Virus record (IMG/VR): IMGVR_UViG_3300045988_175398
Reading direction: 5' to 3' (one strand)
DNA: 49,837 nucleotides
DNA from: a virus
Shown here one piece after another: positions 1 through 9,290 of this stretch. Position 1 is the first letter of the stretch. Every line of letters begins with the position of its first letter. A model generated the notes under the pieces. The model did not search any database. It had not been told where the DNA came from and saw nothing but the letters and a program-made list of their open reading frames with translations. A program made the position numbers and the translations under genes.

Positions 1-55
1 GCTGGCTATGATTGCAATTTTGGTTTGTGGCTGCTCTGATGATGAGGCAATGAGA
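1..55. repeat. Terminal redundancy of the window: nt 1..55 are identical to 49783..49837 (circular or assembly wrap-around; unit length about 49,782 bp)
   Basis: Direct comparison of the first 55 nt and the last 55 nt of the window; both read gctggctatgattgcaattttggtttgtggctgctctgatgatgaggcaatgaga. Confidence 0.95.
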
Positions 56-109
56 AAGTGTCAAGAAACACATTCTTATGATGTTTGCCACCACACCCTC
101 TATCGCTAG
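1..109 (+). CDS. C-terminal part of a small lipoprotein-like ORF that starts at 49763 and wraps through the window junction (full product about 42 aa: MKKILFMLAMIAILVCGCSDDEAMRKCQETHSYDVCHHTLYR)
   Basis: Frame continues from 49763 ATG across the 55-nt overlap to TAG at 107-109; hydrophobic signal peptide followed by Cys-Gly-Cys-Ser-Asp-Asp-Glu. Confidence 0.55.
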   Translation, partial: LAMIAILVCGCSDDEAMRKCQETHSYDVCHHTLYR

Positions 110-120
110 GGGGTGGAAAA

Positions 121-363
121 ATGAAATATATCATATTTGACAATTTTTTTCCTGTGATTTTCCCTGATACAATTGAGCACAAAGAAGTTGCTGATGGTAT
201 AAACAAAACACCAACATCTGCCGGCTTTATTGAGAATGGAAAATGCACCGGATTTTCAGACAGTCTTGGCATAGGCGTTGGAGAAAAAGATGTGATGCAT
301 ATTAAGATGATGCTGAAATTCATTGCTGATAGACAATTCAATCCTGTGGAGCAAACGAAATGA
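121..363 (+). CDS. hypothetical protein (80 aa)
   Basis: ORF track 85..363; internal ATG at 121 preceded by GGGGGTGG SD-like purine run; stop overlaps start of next ORF (ATGA). Confidence 0.45.
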   Translation: MKYIIFDNFFPVIFPDTIEHKEVADGINKTPTSAGFIENGKCTGFSDSLGIGVGEKDVMHIKMMLKFIADRQFNPVEQTK

Positions 364-719
364 CTTTCACTGATGAAAAGAATGACGGGGCTTGCCTGCC
401 TTGTGAAATGCCGAAGCAGACTTTGCTGAGCAAGCTTGAGAAGATTGAGGAATTTAAGCCTATTTTGGCAGAGTTCTTTGCTGAGTTTGATAAAACAAAA
501 GAGCATTTTGTTTCTGATGAAGACAAAGCAGTCATTTATGACAAATATGATGGCAGATGTTACAAAATTGCTGTTCCGCTTGGTGAAAGAGAACAGTTGG
601 CTCGCGAACAATTGTGCTGTGATAAGGATGGCTGGTTCTCTGAAATTATTACAGATTCAGAAATGACGGAAAAGCTGGTTGAATTCTTCCGGAATTTAGC
701 CAAAGAAAAATTTATGTAA
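360..719 (+). CDS. hypothetical protein (119 aa)
   Basis: ORF track; start overlaps the previous stop (aATGa), typical phage translational coupling. Confidence 0.5.
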   Translation: MTFTDEKNDGACLPCEMPKQTLLSKLEKIEEFKPILAEFFAEFDKTKEHFVSDEDKAVIYDKYDGRCYKIAVPLGEREQLAREQLCCDKDGWFSEIITDSEMTEKLVEFFRNLAKEKFM

Positions 720-724
720 ATTGT

Positions 725-752
725 TTACTTTTGTCAAATAAACAGTTATAAT
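725..752 (+). promoter_or_regulatory. sigma70-like promoter TTTACT-16/17-TATAAT upstream of 788
   Basis: tttact (725-730) ... tataat (747-752), followed by conserved leader atggaaaggaatgaacaATG. Confidence 0.5.
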
Positions 753-787
753 TTAAGTAACTGATAAAATATGGAAAGGAATGAACA

Positions 788-1015
788 ATGAAGAAATTTT
801 TTATAATCTTGGTTCTTGTTTTGATTTTTGTTATGCTTTTTGGCGGGCTTGCATTTTCTGCTGAGAATAGATTCAAAGCAGAGAGTTCAGGAATTGTTGG
901 CTTGTCATTGCTGACAGATTTGGAAACAGGATGCAAATATCTTGTGCCATCAAACCTGTCTTATGTTCAGCCTGTTTTGCTTCCTGATGGAAAGCCTGAC
1001 TGCCGGAGAAAGTGA
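788..1015 (+). CDS. small secreted/membrane protein with N-terminal signal peptide (75 aa)
   Basis: MKKFFIILVLVLIFVMLFGGLAFSAEN hydrophobic N-terminus; conserved leader ggaaaggaatgaacaATG. Confidence 0.55.
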   Translation: MKKFFIILVLVLIFVMLFGGLAFSAENRFKAESSGIVGLSLLTDLETGCKYLVPSNLSYVQPVLLPDGKPDCRRK

Positions 1016-1404
1016 TGAAAGAAAAAGAATTCTGGGAAAAATTTCGTACACTGTTCCAACTCCATACAAAATATTGCGAGCGTGTTGAGAACAGAGTCAA
1101 CCAAGGGACACCAGATGTATTCTGTCTTGGTAAGAATGGTGAGGCAATCTGGGTTGAACTGAAATCAGTCAAGAGCATATACGAAAAGCCGATATTTCAG
1201 CCACAACAGCCTATTTGGCACAAGAAGTATGCAGCAAGCGGTGGCAAGAGCTATGTTGTTGTGTATTGTGGTGACAAAATATACGCTCATGCTGGTTCAG
1301 CCATTAGTGACTTTACATTGAAAGATTTTCATCCAGAATTTGCTGCCGACATAAAGAATAAAGATTCTGTGACATTATTTTTTAAGAGGTTATTTGGAGA
1401 GTGA
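1012..1404 (+). CDS. VRR-NUC / PD-(D/E)XK family nuclease
   Basis: GTPDVFCLGKNGEAIWVELKS contains the D...E-x-K catalytic arrangement typical of VRR-NUC nucleases; size 130 aa. Confidence 0.6.
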   Translation: MMKEKEFWEKFRTLFQLHTKYCERVENRVNQGTPDVFCLGKNGEAIWVELKSVKSIYEKPIFQPQQPIWHKKYAASGGKSYVVVYCGDKIYAHAGSAISDFTLKDFHPEFAADIKNKDSVTLFFKRLFGE

Positions 1405-1405
1405 T

Positions 1406-1576
1406 ATGAAGAATCCAGTCAAAATCAGAAAGCCTACAGAAGATGAGATTGATGAATTTTTAGATGATTCAATTCTTGATTTGGACAACTGCATTGTGGA
1501 TGAGGATTTTGACGAGATTGATATAAATTCTCTTGTTGACAAGAACATTTTGAAAGATTGGAAAGATGCTGGATAA
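1406..1576 (+). CDS. small acidic protein (56 aa)
   Basis: ORF track 1394..1576 (TTG); ATG at 1406 with GGAGAG SD; Asp/Glu-rich. Confidence 0.4.
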   Translation: MKNPVKIRKPTEDEIDEFLDDSILDLDNCIVDEDFDEIDINSLVDKNILKDWKDAG

Positions 1577-2276
1577 AAGCAAAATTATAGAGCAGGTTAA
1601 AAAGTTGCTTGAAGTTAACCAAAGCAATGGTGCAACCGAAGCCGAAGAGAAGATTGCTTTGGAAAAGGCAAACATGCTGATTGAGAAATATCAGATAGAA
1701 AAATATCAGCTTAAAAGCAAGAGCAGCAACATACACGAATATTTCACACCAAAAAAGAAATATCCATTTTATTTGTTCAATGGTGTTATAAATCTGATTG
1801 CTGAATATTTTGGCTGCATATCCTTTGCACAAGGGAAAAAGATGATTATATTCGGTGATGATGAATTTGTCAACTTGGCAATTGATATGGCAAAGAGATT
1901 TGAATTTGAGATGGAGATTGAAGTCCAGATATTTAAGCATTCAGCGAATTATCTTGCCAGCAAAAGACTTGGCACCAATAGCTTGGTGATGACAAATTCA
2001 TTCCGCAATGGATATTGCTCAAAAGTGATTGAGAGATTGTTCGGCTTCATAGAATCCCGTCGGAAAAACTGCCAGAAGTCAACCGGCACAGATTTAATTG
2101 TTCTGAACAGAGAGAATCTGAAAGAAGATTTTATGAAAGATTTTGGTGTTGAGAAAATCTACAAAGCAAAAAGGAATCTGTCAGACAATATAGACCCTGA
2201 GGCAACCAAGAGTGGTTTGGCAGCTGGCGAAAGGTTTAGAATTTCAGAAGAATTGGAGAATGAAAATGACGCCTAA
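1566..2276 (+). CDS. hypothetical protein (236 aa)
   Basis: ORF track; no recognisable motif. Confidence 0.5.
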   Translation: MLDKSKIIEQVKKLLEVNQSNGATEAEEKIALEKANMLIEKYQIEKYQLKSKSSNIHEYFTPKKKYPFYLFNGVINLIAEYFGCISFAQGKKMIIFGDDEFVNLAIDMAKRFEFEMEIEVQIFKHSANYLASKRLGTNSLVMTNSFRNGYCSKVIERLFGFIESRRKNCQKSTGTDLIVLNRENLKEDFMKDFGVEKIYKAKRNLSDNIDPEATKSGLAAGERFRISEELENENDA

Positions 2277-2778
2277 AAATTATCTTGAAAATGTTGTCCT
2301 GAAAACTTGGGATGGAAAAGGAACACAGGAACAGTGTTTTTATGGTTTTCTAGAGGAATTTGGAGAAATAACAGGGAAACTTAAGAAAGCTCATAGAGAT
2401 GATGTTCCTGAGCAGGAAAAACAAGCCGGATTGAAGAAAGAACTTGGCGATTGGGGGTGGTACATAATTCATCTTGGATATTTACGGAAGTCAATTGATT
2501 TCAATCAGCAGCAGTTTAAGCCTGACAATCTTCAGACAAACAAGAAGCCTCAGCAGGTTATCATGTCAATATCTTCCAAGATTGGCATGATGGTCAATGG
2601 AATGGCTGAGGGAAATAAGCAAAAGGAAAGAGCAGCAATGCGTAGTCTTGTGAATAGTTTTACAGACTTGAGCAATTCTCTTGGTTTTGAAACAGAAAAT
2701 GTTTTGAAAACAAATGCTGCAAAATTATTTGACAGAATGGCAAGAAACAAGATGCATGGCTCTGGAGACGAAAGATAG
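2266..2778 (+). CDS. MazG-like nucleoside triphosphate pyrophosphohydrolase
   Basis: EEFGEI (EExxE metal-binding motif of MazG/all-alpha NTP-PPases); start chosen at second ATG (2266), 7 nt after GGAG. Confidence 0.55.
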   Translation: MTPKNYLENVVLKTWDGKGTQEQCFYGFLEEFGEITGKLKKAHRDDVPEQEKQAGLKKELGDWGWYIIHLGYLRKSIDFNQQQFKPDNLQTNKKPQQVIMSISSKIGMMVNGMAEGNKQKERAAMRSLVNSFTDLSNSLGFETENVLKTNAAKLFDRMARNKMHGSGDER

Positions 2779-2994
2779 ATGGGCAAGGGTTGCAAAATTC
2801 TTTATCTTGACAGAGTTGAGATGGCAGATTTCTGTTTTTATGAGATTGGGTATTGCCCGAGCTGTGATAATTTGTTTTCGCCAGTTGACAGGGATGATAT
2901 AATTGAATGCCCAGTTTGCCACAATAAGATATACGGAAGAGCCATTGCCATTAACAATGGATTTTTGGTTGAGAAAGAAGACATTTTGCAATAA
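2779..2994 (+). CDS. zinc-ribbon protein (CPSC...CPVC)
   Basis: Two CxxC pairs (CPSCDN ... CPVCHN) in 71 aa. Confidence 0.45.
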   Translation: MGKGCKILYLDRVEMADFCFYEIGYCPSCDNLFSPVDRDDIIECPVCHNKIYGRAIAINNGFLVEKEDILQ

Positions 2995-3006
2995 GGAGTA
3001 AAGAAC

Positions 3007-3285
3007 ATGGATAAAGAAAAGATGATAACATACGCCGTTTCAGGTGCCAAATTCAAAATCATTAGAGTGATGGCTGACGGCAAAGAAAGAACACCAACTG
3101 AGATTTGCAAGATTATTGGCTTGAAAAATTCAGCTCTGTCACATCTTCTTTCTCAGATGAAAAATGCAGGAATTTTGACTGCAAGGAAGCAAAATCGGTT
3201 TATTTACTATCAGATGAACAAAAAAATAATTGTTGAAATTCAAGCAATTAAGACAAATTTTGAAAAAATATTTGAAAAGTTGTAA
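3007..3285 (+). CDS. ArsR/MarR-like winged-helix transcriptional regulator
   Basis: RTPTEICKIIGLKNSALSHLLSQMKNAGIL resembles the ArsR-family HTH recognition helix region; 92 aa. Confidence 0.5.
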   Translation: MDKEKMITYAVSGAKFKIIRVMADGKERTPTEICKIIGLKNSALSHLLSQMKNAGILTARKQNRFIYYQMNKKIIVEIQAIKTNFEKIFEKL

Positions 3286-3322
3286 AATAATTGCTGACTT
3301 TTGTTCATTTTAGAGATATGTT
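3281..3322 (+). promoter_or_regulatory. degenerate copy of the conserved early promoter (tgtaaaataattgCTGACTt-17-TATGTT)
   Basis: Shares gtaaaataattg(c/t)tgactt with copies at 20281, 44221, 49671; leader ttatggaaaggaataaacaATG follows. Confidence 0.5.
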
Positions 3323-3370
3323 AAATAATGTAAGAACAAATTAACTTAATTTTATGGAAAGGAATAAACA

Positions 3371-3907
3371 ATGACAAACAATGTAGCAAAAGAAATCGAA
3401 CTGGTATTGGAAACAATGACTGGTGCAAAATTAGCCGAACTTTACAACACAACTGTTCCTGAGAACAAGAAGATTGTTAAATTCAGAGACCACAAAACGG
3501 CTGTTGAAAGAACTTTGGCTGCAGTTCTGGCTTTTCGTGACAGAACAACCCTTGGTTATGGTATTGGAGAATTGTTCAAAATGATTGATGAAAACAAAGG
3601 TGACAAAAAGGCTTCAAAGCCTCAGCACTCTGGCAAAAAATCTCAATTTGAGGGCGGCATTATTAAGTCCAATATGAATGCAAATCCTCGTCGTGAAGGA
3701 ACATGGGGATATAAGTCATTTGAGCTTATCATGGCTGCTGGTGATGAGGGAATTTCTTATGAAGACTTTTTGGCAAAAGGCGGAAGAAATAAAGATTTGG
3801 CTTGGGACTGGAATCACGGATTTGTATCTGTGGATGATGAATCTCTTGAATTGGTGTACAAAAGTAGAGACTTGCCGAAATACAAGAATGTTTTGATGGA
3901 CAAATAA
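3371..3907 (+). CDS. hypothetical protein (178 aa)
   Basis: ORF track; conserved leader immediately upstream. Confidence 0.55.
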   Translation: MTNNVAKEIELVLETMTGAKLAELYNTTVPENKKIVKFRDHKTAVERTLAAVLAFRDRTTLGYGIGELFKMIDENKGDKKASKPQHSGKKSQFEGGIIKSNMNANPRREGTWGYKSFELIMAAGDEGISYEDFLAKGGRNKDLAWDWNHGFVSVDDESLELVYKSRDLPKYKNVLMDK

Positions 3908-3978
3908 AAGCCCTTTTAATTTTGAATTGTTAACTATATTTTTTATAACAACCATCACCAAAATTCAAAGAGGCAATA

Positions 3979-6051
3979 ATGTCATCAAATACTTATTTCA
4001 AGACTGATAGAAAATCGCTAGCAACCGAAATAAATGAAAATTTCTTGAACAACTTAACATTGGATGCACAAGAAATTGAAGAATTGACAAAAAGAGGAAT
4101 GAAGCAGCAATTTTTTACTCAGGCTGGATATAAGACTTGGCAGAATGGCAAGAATACACAATCAGCGAAAGCTGTGTCCAAAATTGATTCAAGTTATAAT
4201 TTGACAGGGCATCCTGGTTTTTTCATCAATGCAAATGGCTCAAGAGCCTTTAATGCTCAAACTGGGATGCTCATTCCTATCAGAGACATTGGTGGCAATG
4301 TAAATTATATCTTAAACCGTCCGCGCAAGGCAATTAACAATCGCAAATATTTGCTTTGCTCCTCTGGCAATAAAACAGAGGGTGGAAAGGCATTTCCGAC
4401 AACTCATTGTCCTGTGGTGAATGTTAAGGATGGCAAGCCGAAGAATTGTGGTTCAGTTATACGAATCACAGAAGGACCATTAAAGGCAGATATTGCAACA
4501 GCCCTTGGCAATTATTACACATTGGGATTGAATGGTGTAAATACTGCTCCGCAAGACTTGAAGAATGTGCTGCTTGAGCTTGAAGTGAGCACAGTCAAAA
4601 TTGCCCTTGACAGTGAAGACAGTGCGGCAACTTATAAGATGATTGCTGAGCTTCACAAGCTTGTTAAGGATTTAGGGCTTGATGTTGAGATTGAAACTTG
4701 GGATGAAAATTACAAGGGACTTGATGACATTCTTTTTGCAAAAGGCGAATCTTTCATAAGAAGAATGTCAGATGATGAAGTTAAGATGCTGCTTAAAAAG
4801 GCAGGGTTTGGATGGATTCATATTATTTCAACAAAAGAATATACAGATTCAGGATTGAAGCAGAGATTGGACAAATCTCAGTTGGCAAAGAAGTTGAAGC
4901 TTCCGAAAGATAATATGGTTGATGATATGGTGACTGAATCTGTCATCGATATTGTTGACTGTCCGACATTTGCGCCTGGTCAAGAACTTCTGATTGAAGA
5001 GGACGGCTTGCGCAAGATTAACACTTGGGTGAATCCGTGTGTTGAGCCTATTGACGGAGATGCCAGCATTTTTGAAAATCACCTCAAATTCTTGGTTCCG
5101 GATGAACAAGAAAGACAGATTCTGATTGAATGGTTGGCTTATCAAGTTCAGAATCCAGGTGTTAAAATAAGATGGTCTGTTGTGCTATGTGGTAAACATC
5201 AGCAAACTGGTAAATCTACAATTGGACATTTCATGCGGAAAGTTCTTGGTGAGGATAATGTAAAATCACCAAGCAATGAAAGACTGCACGAAATTTACAC
5301 AGATTGGCAAGAGCAGGCTCAACTTGTAATCGTGGAGGAAATTAAGCATTCCGACCGTATTGAGTTGATGAATAAGATGAAGCCTTTTATCACAGAGCCA
5401 ACAACAATGGTTCGCTTGCCTGGTGGCAGAAGCTATACCATGCCGAATAGATACAACATCTTGATGACAACAAACCATGAAGATGCTTTGCTGGTTGACC
5501 AATACGATAAGCGGTATTGCATTATTCAAGTGCCAGTTGAAAGAAACACGGATGAATATTACCAAAGACTGTATGAATTTTTAGATTCACCAGATTGTGC
5601 AGGAGTTCTTATGAATTACTTTAAGAAAATCAAACTTGACAAATTCAACCCAAAGGGGACAGCCCCAATGACAAAACAAAAACTTGTTTCAATTGAGGCA
5701 AGCCGAAATGCTTTAGAGCAATTTGTTTTTGGCAGAGCTGAAGACAGAGCCCACCCATTTAACATGGATGTTGTTTCAATCAGACACATAAAGGCTTCAA
5801 AATCTGTTCCACAAAATCTTTTGAAGTTTTCTGATTTTAAGTGGGCTGAAGTTATGAAAGATGCTGGCTTTAAACAATACGAAAAGCCTGTATATTTGGA
5901 TGATGGCTCAAGATGCAGAATGTGGATTGTTCCGGAAGCTGTCAGCAATTATGAAAATGCAACGCCTGATGAAATTAAACAGGCATTCAATAAATGGCTG
6001 CAGAATTCAGAGCCAGGTGGAAATCCTGTTGATGATGCATTGCCAATGTAA
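3979..6051 (+). CDS. DNA primase/helicase (TOPRIM-type primase fused to D5/P4-like SF3 helicase P-loop NTPase)
   Basis: VIRITEGPLKADIATALG (TOPRIM E...D motif) and WSVVLCGKHQQTGKSTIGHF Walker A; 690 aa. Confidence 0.7.
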   Translation: MSSNTYFKTDRKSLATEINENFLNNLTLDAQEIEELTKRGMKQQFFTQAGYKTWQNGKNTQSAKAVSKIDSSYNLTGHPGFFINANGSRAFNAQTGMLIPIRDIGGNVNYILNRPRKAINNRKYLLCSSGNKTEGGKAFPTTHCPVVNVKDGKPKNCGSVIRITEGPLKADIATALGNYYTLGLNGVNTAPQDLKNVLLELEVSTVKIALDSEDSAATYKMIAELHKLVKDLGLDVEIETWDENYKGLDDILFAKGESFIRRMSDDEVKMLLKKAGFGWIHIISTKEYTDSGLKQRLDKSQLAKKLKLPKDNMVDDMVTESVIDIVDCPTFAPGQELLIEEDGLRKINTWVNPCVEPIDGDASIFENHLKFLVPDEQERQILIEWLAYQVQNPGVKIRWSVVLCGKHQQTGKSTIGHFMRKVLGEDNVKSPSNERLHEIYTDWQEQAQLVIVEEIKHSDRIELMNKMKPFITEPTTMVRLPGGRSYTMPNRYNILMTTNHEDALLVDQYDKRYCIIQVPVERNTDEYYQRLYEFLDSPDCAGVLMNYFKKIKLDKFNPKGTAPMTKQKLVSIEASRNALEQFVFGRAEDRAHPFNMDVVSIRHIKASKSVPQNLLKFSDFKWAEVMKDAGFKQYEKPVYLDDGSRCRMWIVPEAVSNYENATPDEIKQAFNKWLQNSEPGGNPVDDALPM

Positions 6052-6083
6052 TATGTAACACATAATGAAAAGGAATTAACAAT

Positions 6084-7334
6084 ATGTTAACAGAAAAACA
6101 AGCAGCAGCTTATGACTTAATTTGCAATGCCAAAGAGGGTGTCAGCAAGATTGAAGGATATGCCGGAACAGGCAAGTCCTTTGTGCTGTCAAAAGCTGCA
6201 GCAGAACTTGGCAAAAAATGCCTTGTTTTAACACCTACAAATAAATCAGCACAGGTTTTAAGAGACAAGGGAATTTCTGCCAGCACACTTCACTCAATCT
6301 TGTATTCACCAAGAAACACCCTAAAATTTAAGAAGAATGATGGCAAAATGGAATATCACAAAGATGCTGATGGCAATTTCATTCTTGATGACCATGGTGA
6401 AAAAATACCTATTATTGAGAGTGAAGAGCTGGCATTTGATTTTGTGGCTAATCCAGAAGAGCTGAAAAACAAAATTGCCATTATTGATGAAGCGTCTATG
6501 CTGAAAGAGCAGGAGCTGGCTGATATCACAAGTGTGTTTGATAAGGTTGTTTTGATTGGTGATGGAATGCAGCTTCCGCCTATAAAATCAAAAGATGTTT
6601 TTGCAGAAACAAAGACTGATATTTTCCTTGATGAAGTGCATCGTGTTGCCAAGGAAAATCCAATTATCAATTTGGCAACTCACATTCGCGAGGGTGGCAG
6701 AAATTTCAAACAATTTGAAGATGGTGAGCATTTACTGGTTGCCAACAAATTCCATGAAGAGGTTGTAAAAAATTCTCATAAATATACACACATCTGTTAT
6801 AACAACAATCTTCGCAGAACAATCAATGCCAAAGTTCGTGCCAAACTAGGCTTCACAGAAAATAAGATTTATGAGGGTGAGCCAGTTATTTCATTGAGCA
6901 ACATCAGAGATAGAACAGGCGGTTTTGGTGGAAAAATTTTGGCATTCAATGGTGAGATTTTTTCAGCCGTTAAAAATATTGACATTTCTCAAGACTTGGC
7001 TGGTCTCTCTATAATCTATGTTAAAAGGGCAACTGGCAATGTTCATTCTTTCAATTCATTCAAATTCTGGAATAAGGATTTTTGGAAATATCACGATTCT
7101 GAAAAATTTGAACAAGACTTTGTCAGAATTTGGAAATGCTTGCCAATCAAAGCTGACATCTATCCATTCGATTTTGCATATTGCTTGACTGCTCATAAGG
7201 CACAAGGGTCTGAATTTGATGCTACAATGGTTTGGGACCAAAGTTCAGCTGTTAGGGGTGGAATAATTGACCAAACTCGTTGGCTTTACACAGCTGCAAC
7301 AAGGTCAAAAGAAAAGTTGATTATTGTAAAATAA
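6084..7334 (+). CDS. RecD/Pif1/Dda-like SF1 DNA helicase
   Basis: GYAGTGKSFVL Walker A near N-terminus, IIDEASML Walker B/DEAD-like, C-terminal motif region AHKAQGSEFD; 416 aa. Confidence 0.7.
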   Translation: MLTEKQAAAYDLICNAKEGVSKIEGYAGTGKSFVLSKAAAELGKKCLVLTPTNKSAQVLRDKGISASTLHSILYSPRNTLKFKKNDGKMEYHKDADGNFILDDHGEKIPIIESEELAFDFVANPEELKNKIAIIDEASMLKEQELADITSVFDKVVLIGDGMQLPPIKSKDVFAETKTDIFLDEVHRVAKENPIINLATHIREGGRNFKQFEDGEHLLVANKFHEEVVKNSHKYTHICYNNNLRRTINAKVRAKLGFTENKIYEGEPVISLSNIRDRTGGFGGKILAFNGEIFSAVKNIDISQDLAGLSIIYVKRATGNVHSFNSFKFWNKDFWKYHDSEKFEQDFVRIWKCLPIKADIYPFDFAYCLTAHKAQGSEFDATMVWDQSSAVRGGIIDQTRWLYTAATRSKEKLIIVK

Positions 7335-7337
7335 TGC

Positions 7338-7366
7338 TTTACTTTTACAAAAATATAAAATATAAT
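7338..7366 (+). promoter_or_regulatory. sigma70-like promoter TTTACT-17-TATAAT
   Basis: tttact (7338-7343), 17-nt spacer, tataat (7361-7366); leader gaaaaggaattaacaaaATG follows. Confidence 0.5.
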
Positions 7367-7396
7367 GATAATGTAAAATGAAAAGGAATTAACAAA

Positions 7397-7762
7397 ATGG
7401 TTGTATATATAGTTCAAGAGCCCAAGCCGAAGAATGGATGGACGCCTGACTTTTCAAAGGCTGCAGAATATGGCAGACTGGAAAGAGTTTTTACACCAGA
7501 CCAAAGAGTTTGCTCAATGCCTACAAGGTATATGAGGGAAGCAATGAACACTCTTAAAGAGTTTGATGCTGAATATGATTTTATTCTTTGGCCAAATTTA
7601 GGTGACCCAACCGCTTTGCAATGCGTTTGTTTTGCTTTGGCTTTGCTTGGTTTTAATAAAGTCAGATTCTTGTATTGGAATCGTAAAAGAGATTCTGATG
7701 GAAATAAGACTGATGGATTTTATATGCCACTTGAATTCAATTTGGAGAAAGAACATGGATAA
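7397..7762 (+). CDS. hypothetical protein (121 aa)
   Basis: ORF track. Confidence 0.5.
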   Translation: MVVYIVQEPKPKNGWTPDFSKAAEYGRLERVFTPDQRVCSMPTRYMREAMNTLKEFDAEYDFILWPNLGDPTALQCVCFALALLGFNKVRFLYWNRKRDSDGNKTDGFYMPLEFNLEKEHG

Positions 7763-8375
7763 AAAAGATTTTGATGATTTGCTTCAGTCTGATGCTGAAA
7801 ATGCAGACAAAGATGTGAGCTTAAAGGATTTGCAAACAAAGGCTTCTGAGATGGTAAACTTGGCAAGCGAAATTGCCGAAATGGAAGCTGAGATTGAAGA
7901 AAAGAAAAAACAGTACAGAGAGATTGAAGCAGTAACTTTGCCAGATATGATGACAGGACTTGGCATAAAGAAATTCACTCTTGGTGATGGTTCTGAAATC
8001 ACCATCAAAGATGTTGTTCAGGCTTCTTTGCCATCACGTGGTGCAATCCTTAAAGCTCAAGGAGACGAGAGAGATGCATTGATTGACCGCAACCACAGAG
8101 CATTGGATTGGATGCGTGCTAACGGTGGTGAAGCTATTATCAAGAACAACATTTCTGTTGATTTTGGCAAAGGACAAGATGAAATTGCAGAGAAATTTGT
8201 TGACTTTTGCAAAGAGATTGGTATGGAGTACGACAGGAGCACAACTGTTCACAATGCTTCTTTGACTTCATATATCAAGGAGAAACTTGCCAGTGGTGCG
8301 AATGTACCACTCGACCTGTTCAGTGTGTACACAGGTTTTAAGGCAGTTATTAAACAGCCAAGAAAGATTGGCTAA
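7755..8375 (+). CDS. hypothetical acidic coiled-coil protein (206 aa)
   Basis: ORF track 7602..8375 trimmed to ATG at 7755 (GGAGAAAG SD, overlaps previous stop). Confidence 0.5.
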   Translation: MDKKDFDDLLQSDAENADKDVSLKDLQTKASEMVNLASEIAEMEAEIEEKKKQYREIEAVTLPDMMTGLGIKKFTLGDGSEITIKDVVQASLPSRGAILKAQGDERDALIDRNHRALDWMRANGGEAIIKNNISVDFGKGQDEIAEKFVDFCKEIGMEYDRSTTVHNASLTSYIKEKLASGANVPLDLFSVYTGFKAVIKQPRKIG

Positions 8376-8416
8376 CACACAATTGACAATGTTTAATATT
8401 TTGAAAGGAAAATAAA

Positions 8417-9229
8417 ATGACTGAGAAAAAAGAAGTTGCTTTGAAAAAGGAGACTCCAATTGCCAATGCAGAGCTTGATGCAATGCTGATGGAAGATGCT
8501 GGTGCTGGCACTGAATTCATGAACAAAGATGACTTTGCCATTCCTCGTATTTCCATTTTGCAGTCTGGCTCTGACCAAGTTAAAAAAAGCTCTGGTGGAT
8601 ATATCCAAGGAGCTGAGGAAGGAATGTTCTTTGACAATATCTCCAATGAAGTCAAAGATGGTGCTGAAGGACTGTTGTTCATTCCTGTTTCATACCGCAG
8701 AGCACACATTGAGTGGAAGCCCCGCACAGCTGGTGGTGGATTTGTAGCTGACCATGGCATCAGTGATGAAGAATACAAAGCGTGCGAAGTTGATGACAAA
8801 GGCAACCACATTACAGCTGATGGCAATGAGATTGTTCCGACTGCTGAATATTATGGTTTGGTTGTAGATGAAGAAAAGAAGACCACAAAGCAGGTTGTAA
8901 TTTCTTTGGCGAAATCTCAGCTTAAAAAAGCCCGCAGATGGAACACCCTTATCAATCAGCTTCAAATTCCGAAGCCAGATGGAAAAGGCACAATGAATCC
9001 TGCCATGTTCTATATGGCATACAAATTGACCACTGTTCCAGAAAGCAACGACAATGGTTCTTGGTTTGGCATTTCAGTTGCTGCTTATAAGCCGACGACT
9101 GAAATTGGCGGGGTTGAACTTTATATGGCAGCTCGTGAATTCCGCAAGGCTGTTATTGGTGGTGATGTTAAAGTTGCCAGCCCTGTTGAAATGGCATCTG
9201 ATGCTGAAAGTGATTCAGACCCAATGTAA
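8417..9229 (+). CDS. putative ssDNA-binding/annealing protein (acidic C-terminal tail)
   Basis: 270 aa, ends ...MASDAESDSDPM, reminiscent of the acidic tails of phage SSBs; located in the replication module. Confidence 0.3.
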   Translation: MTEKKEVALKKETPIANAELDAMLMEDAGAGTEFMNKDDFAIPRISILQSGSDQVKKSSGGYIQGAEEGMFFDNISNEVKDGAEGLLFIPVSYRRAHIEWKPRTAGGGFVADHGISDEEYKACEVDDKGNHITADGNEIVPTAEYYGLVVDEEKKTTKQVVISLAKSQLKKARRWNTLINQLQIPKPDGKGTMNPAMFYMAYKLTTVPESNDNGSWFGISVAAYKPTTEIGGVELYMAAREFRKAVIGGDVKVASPVEMASDAESDSDPM

Positions 9230-9239
9230 TGCCAAAAAT

Positions 9240-9270
9240 GGAGGGCAGCCCCTCTGCCCTCCAATCTTTT
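9240..9270 (+). terminator. rho-independent terminator (perfect 9-bp GC-rich hairpin + T tract)
   Basis: GGAGGGCAG-cccct-CTGCCCTCC followed by aatctttt. Confidence 0.65.
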
Positions 9271-9290
9271 AATGCAAAGGAATTAACTAA

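Noticed and set aside
3352-3373. Conserved leader reads ATG GAA AGG AAT AAA CAA TGA (mini-ORF MERNKQ ending in the main start, also at 769 and 20352)
   Set aside because: The upstream ATG has no SD of its own. Two of the five leader copies have an immediate stop (ATG TAA at 44277; TAA after 4 codons at 49745). The purine block GGAAAGGAA is best explained as the SD for the main ATG.
4849-5948. Minus-strand ORFs 4849..5145, 5266..5565 and 5616..5948 inside the primase-helicase gene. Similar antisense ORFs occur inside dnaE (15575..17505), capsid (37985..38440, 38043..38423) and terminase (41665..42467).
   Set aside because: Each is fully embedded antisense in a long, motif-supported gene. They lack SD/ATG contexts and show low-complexity composition typical of shadow ORFs.
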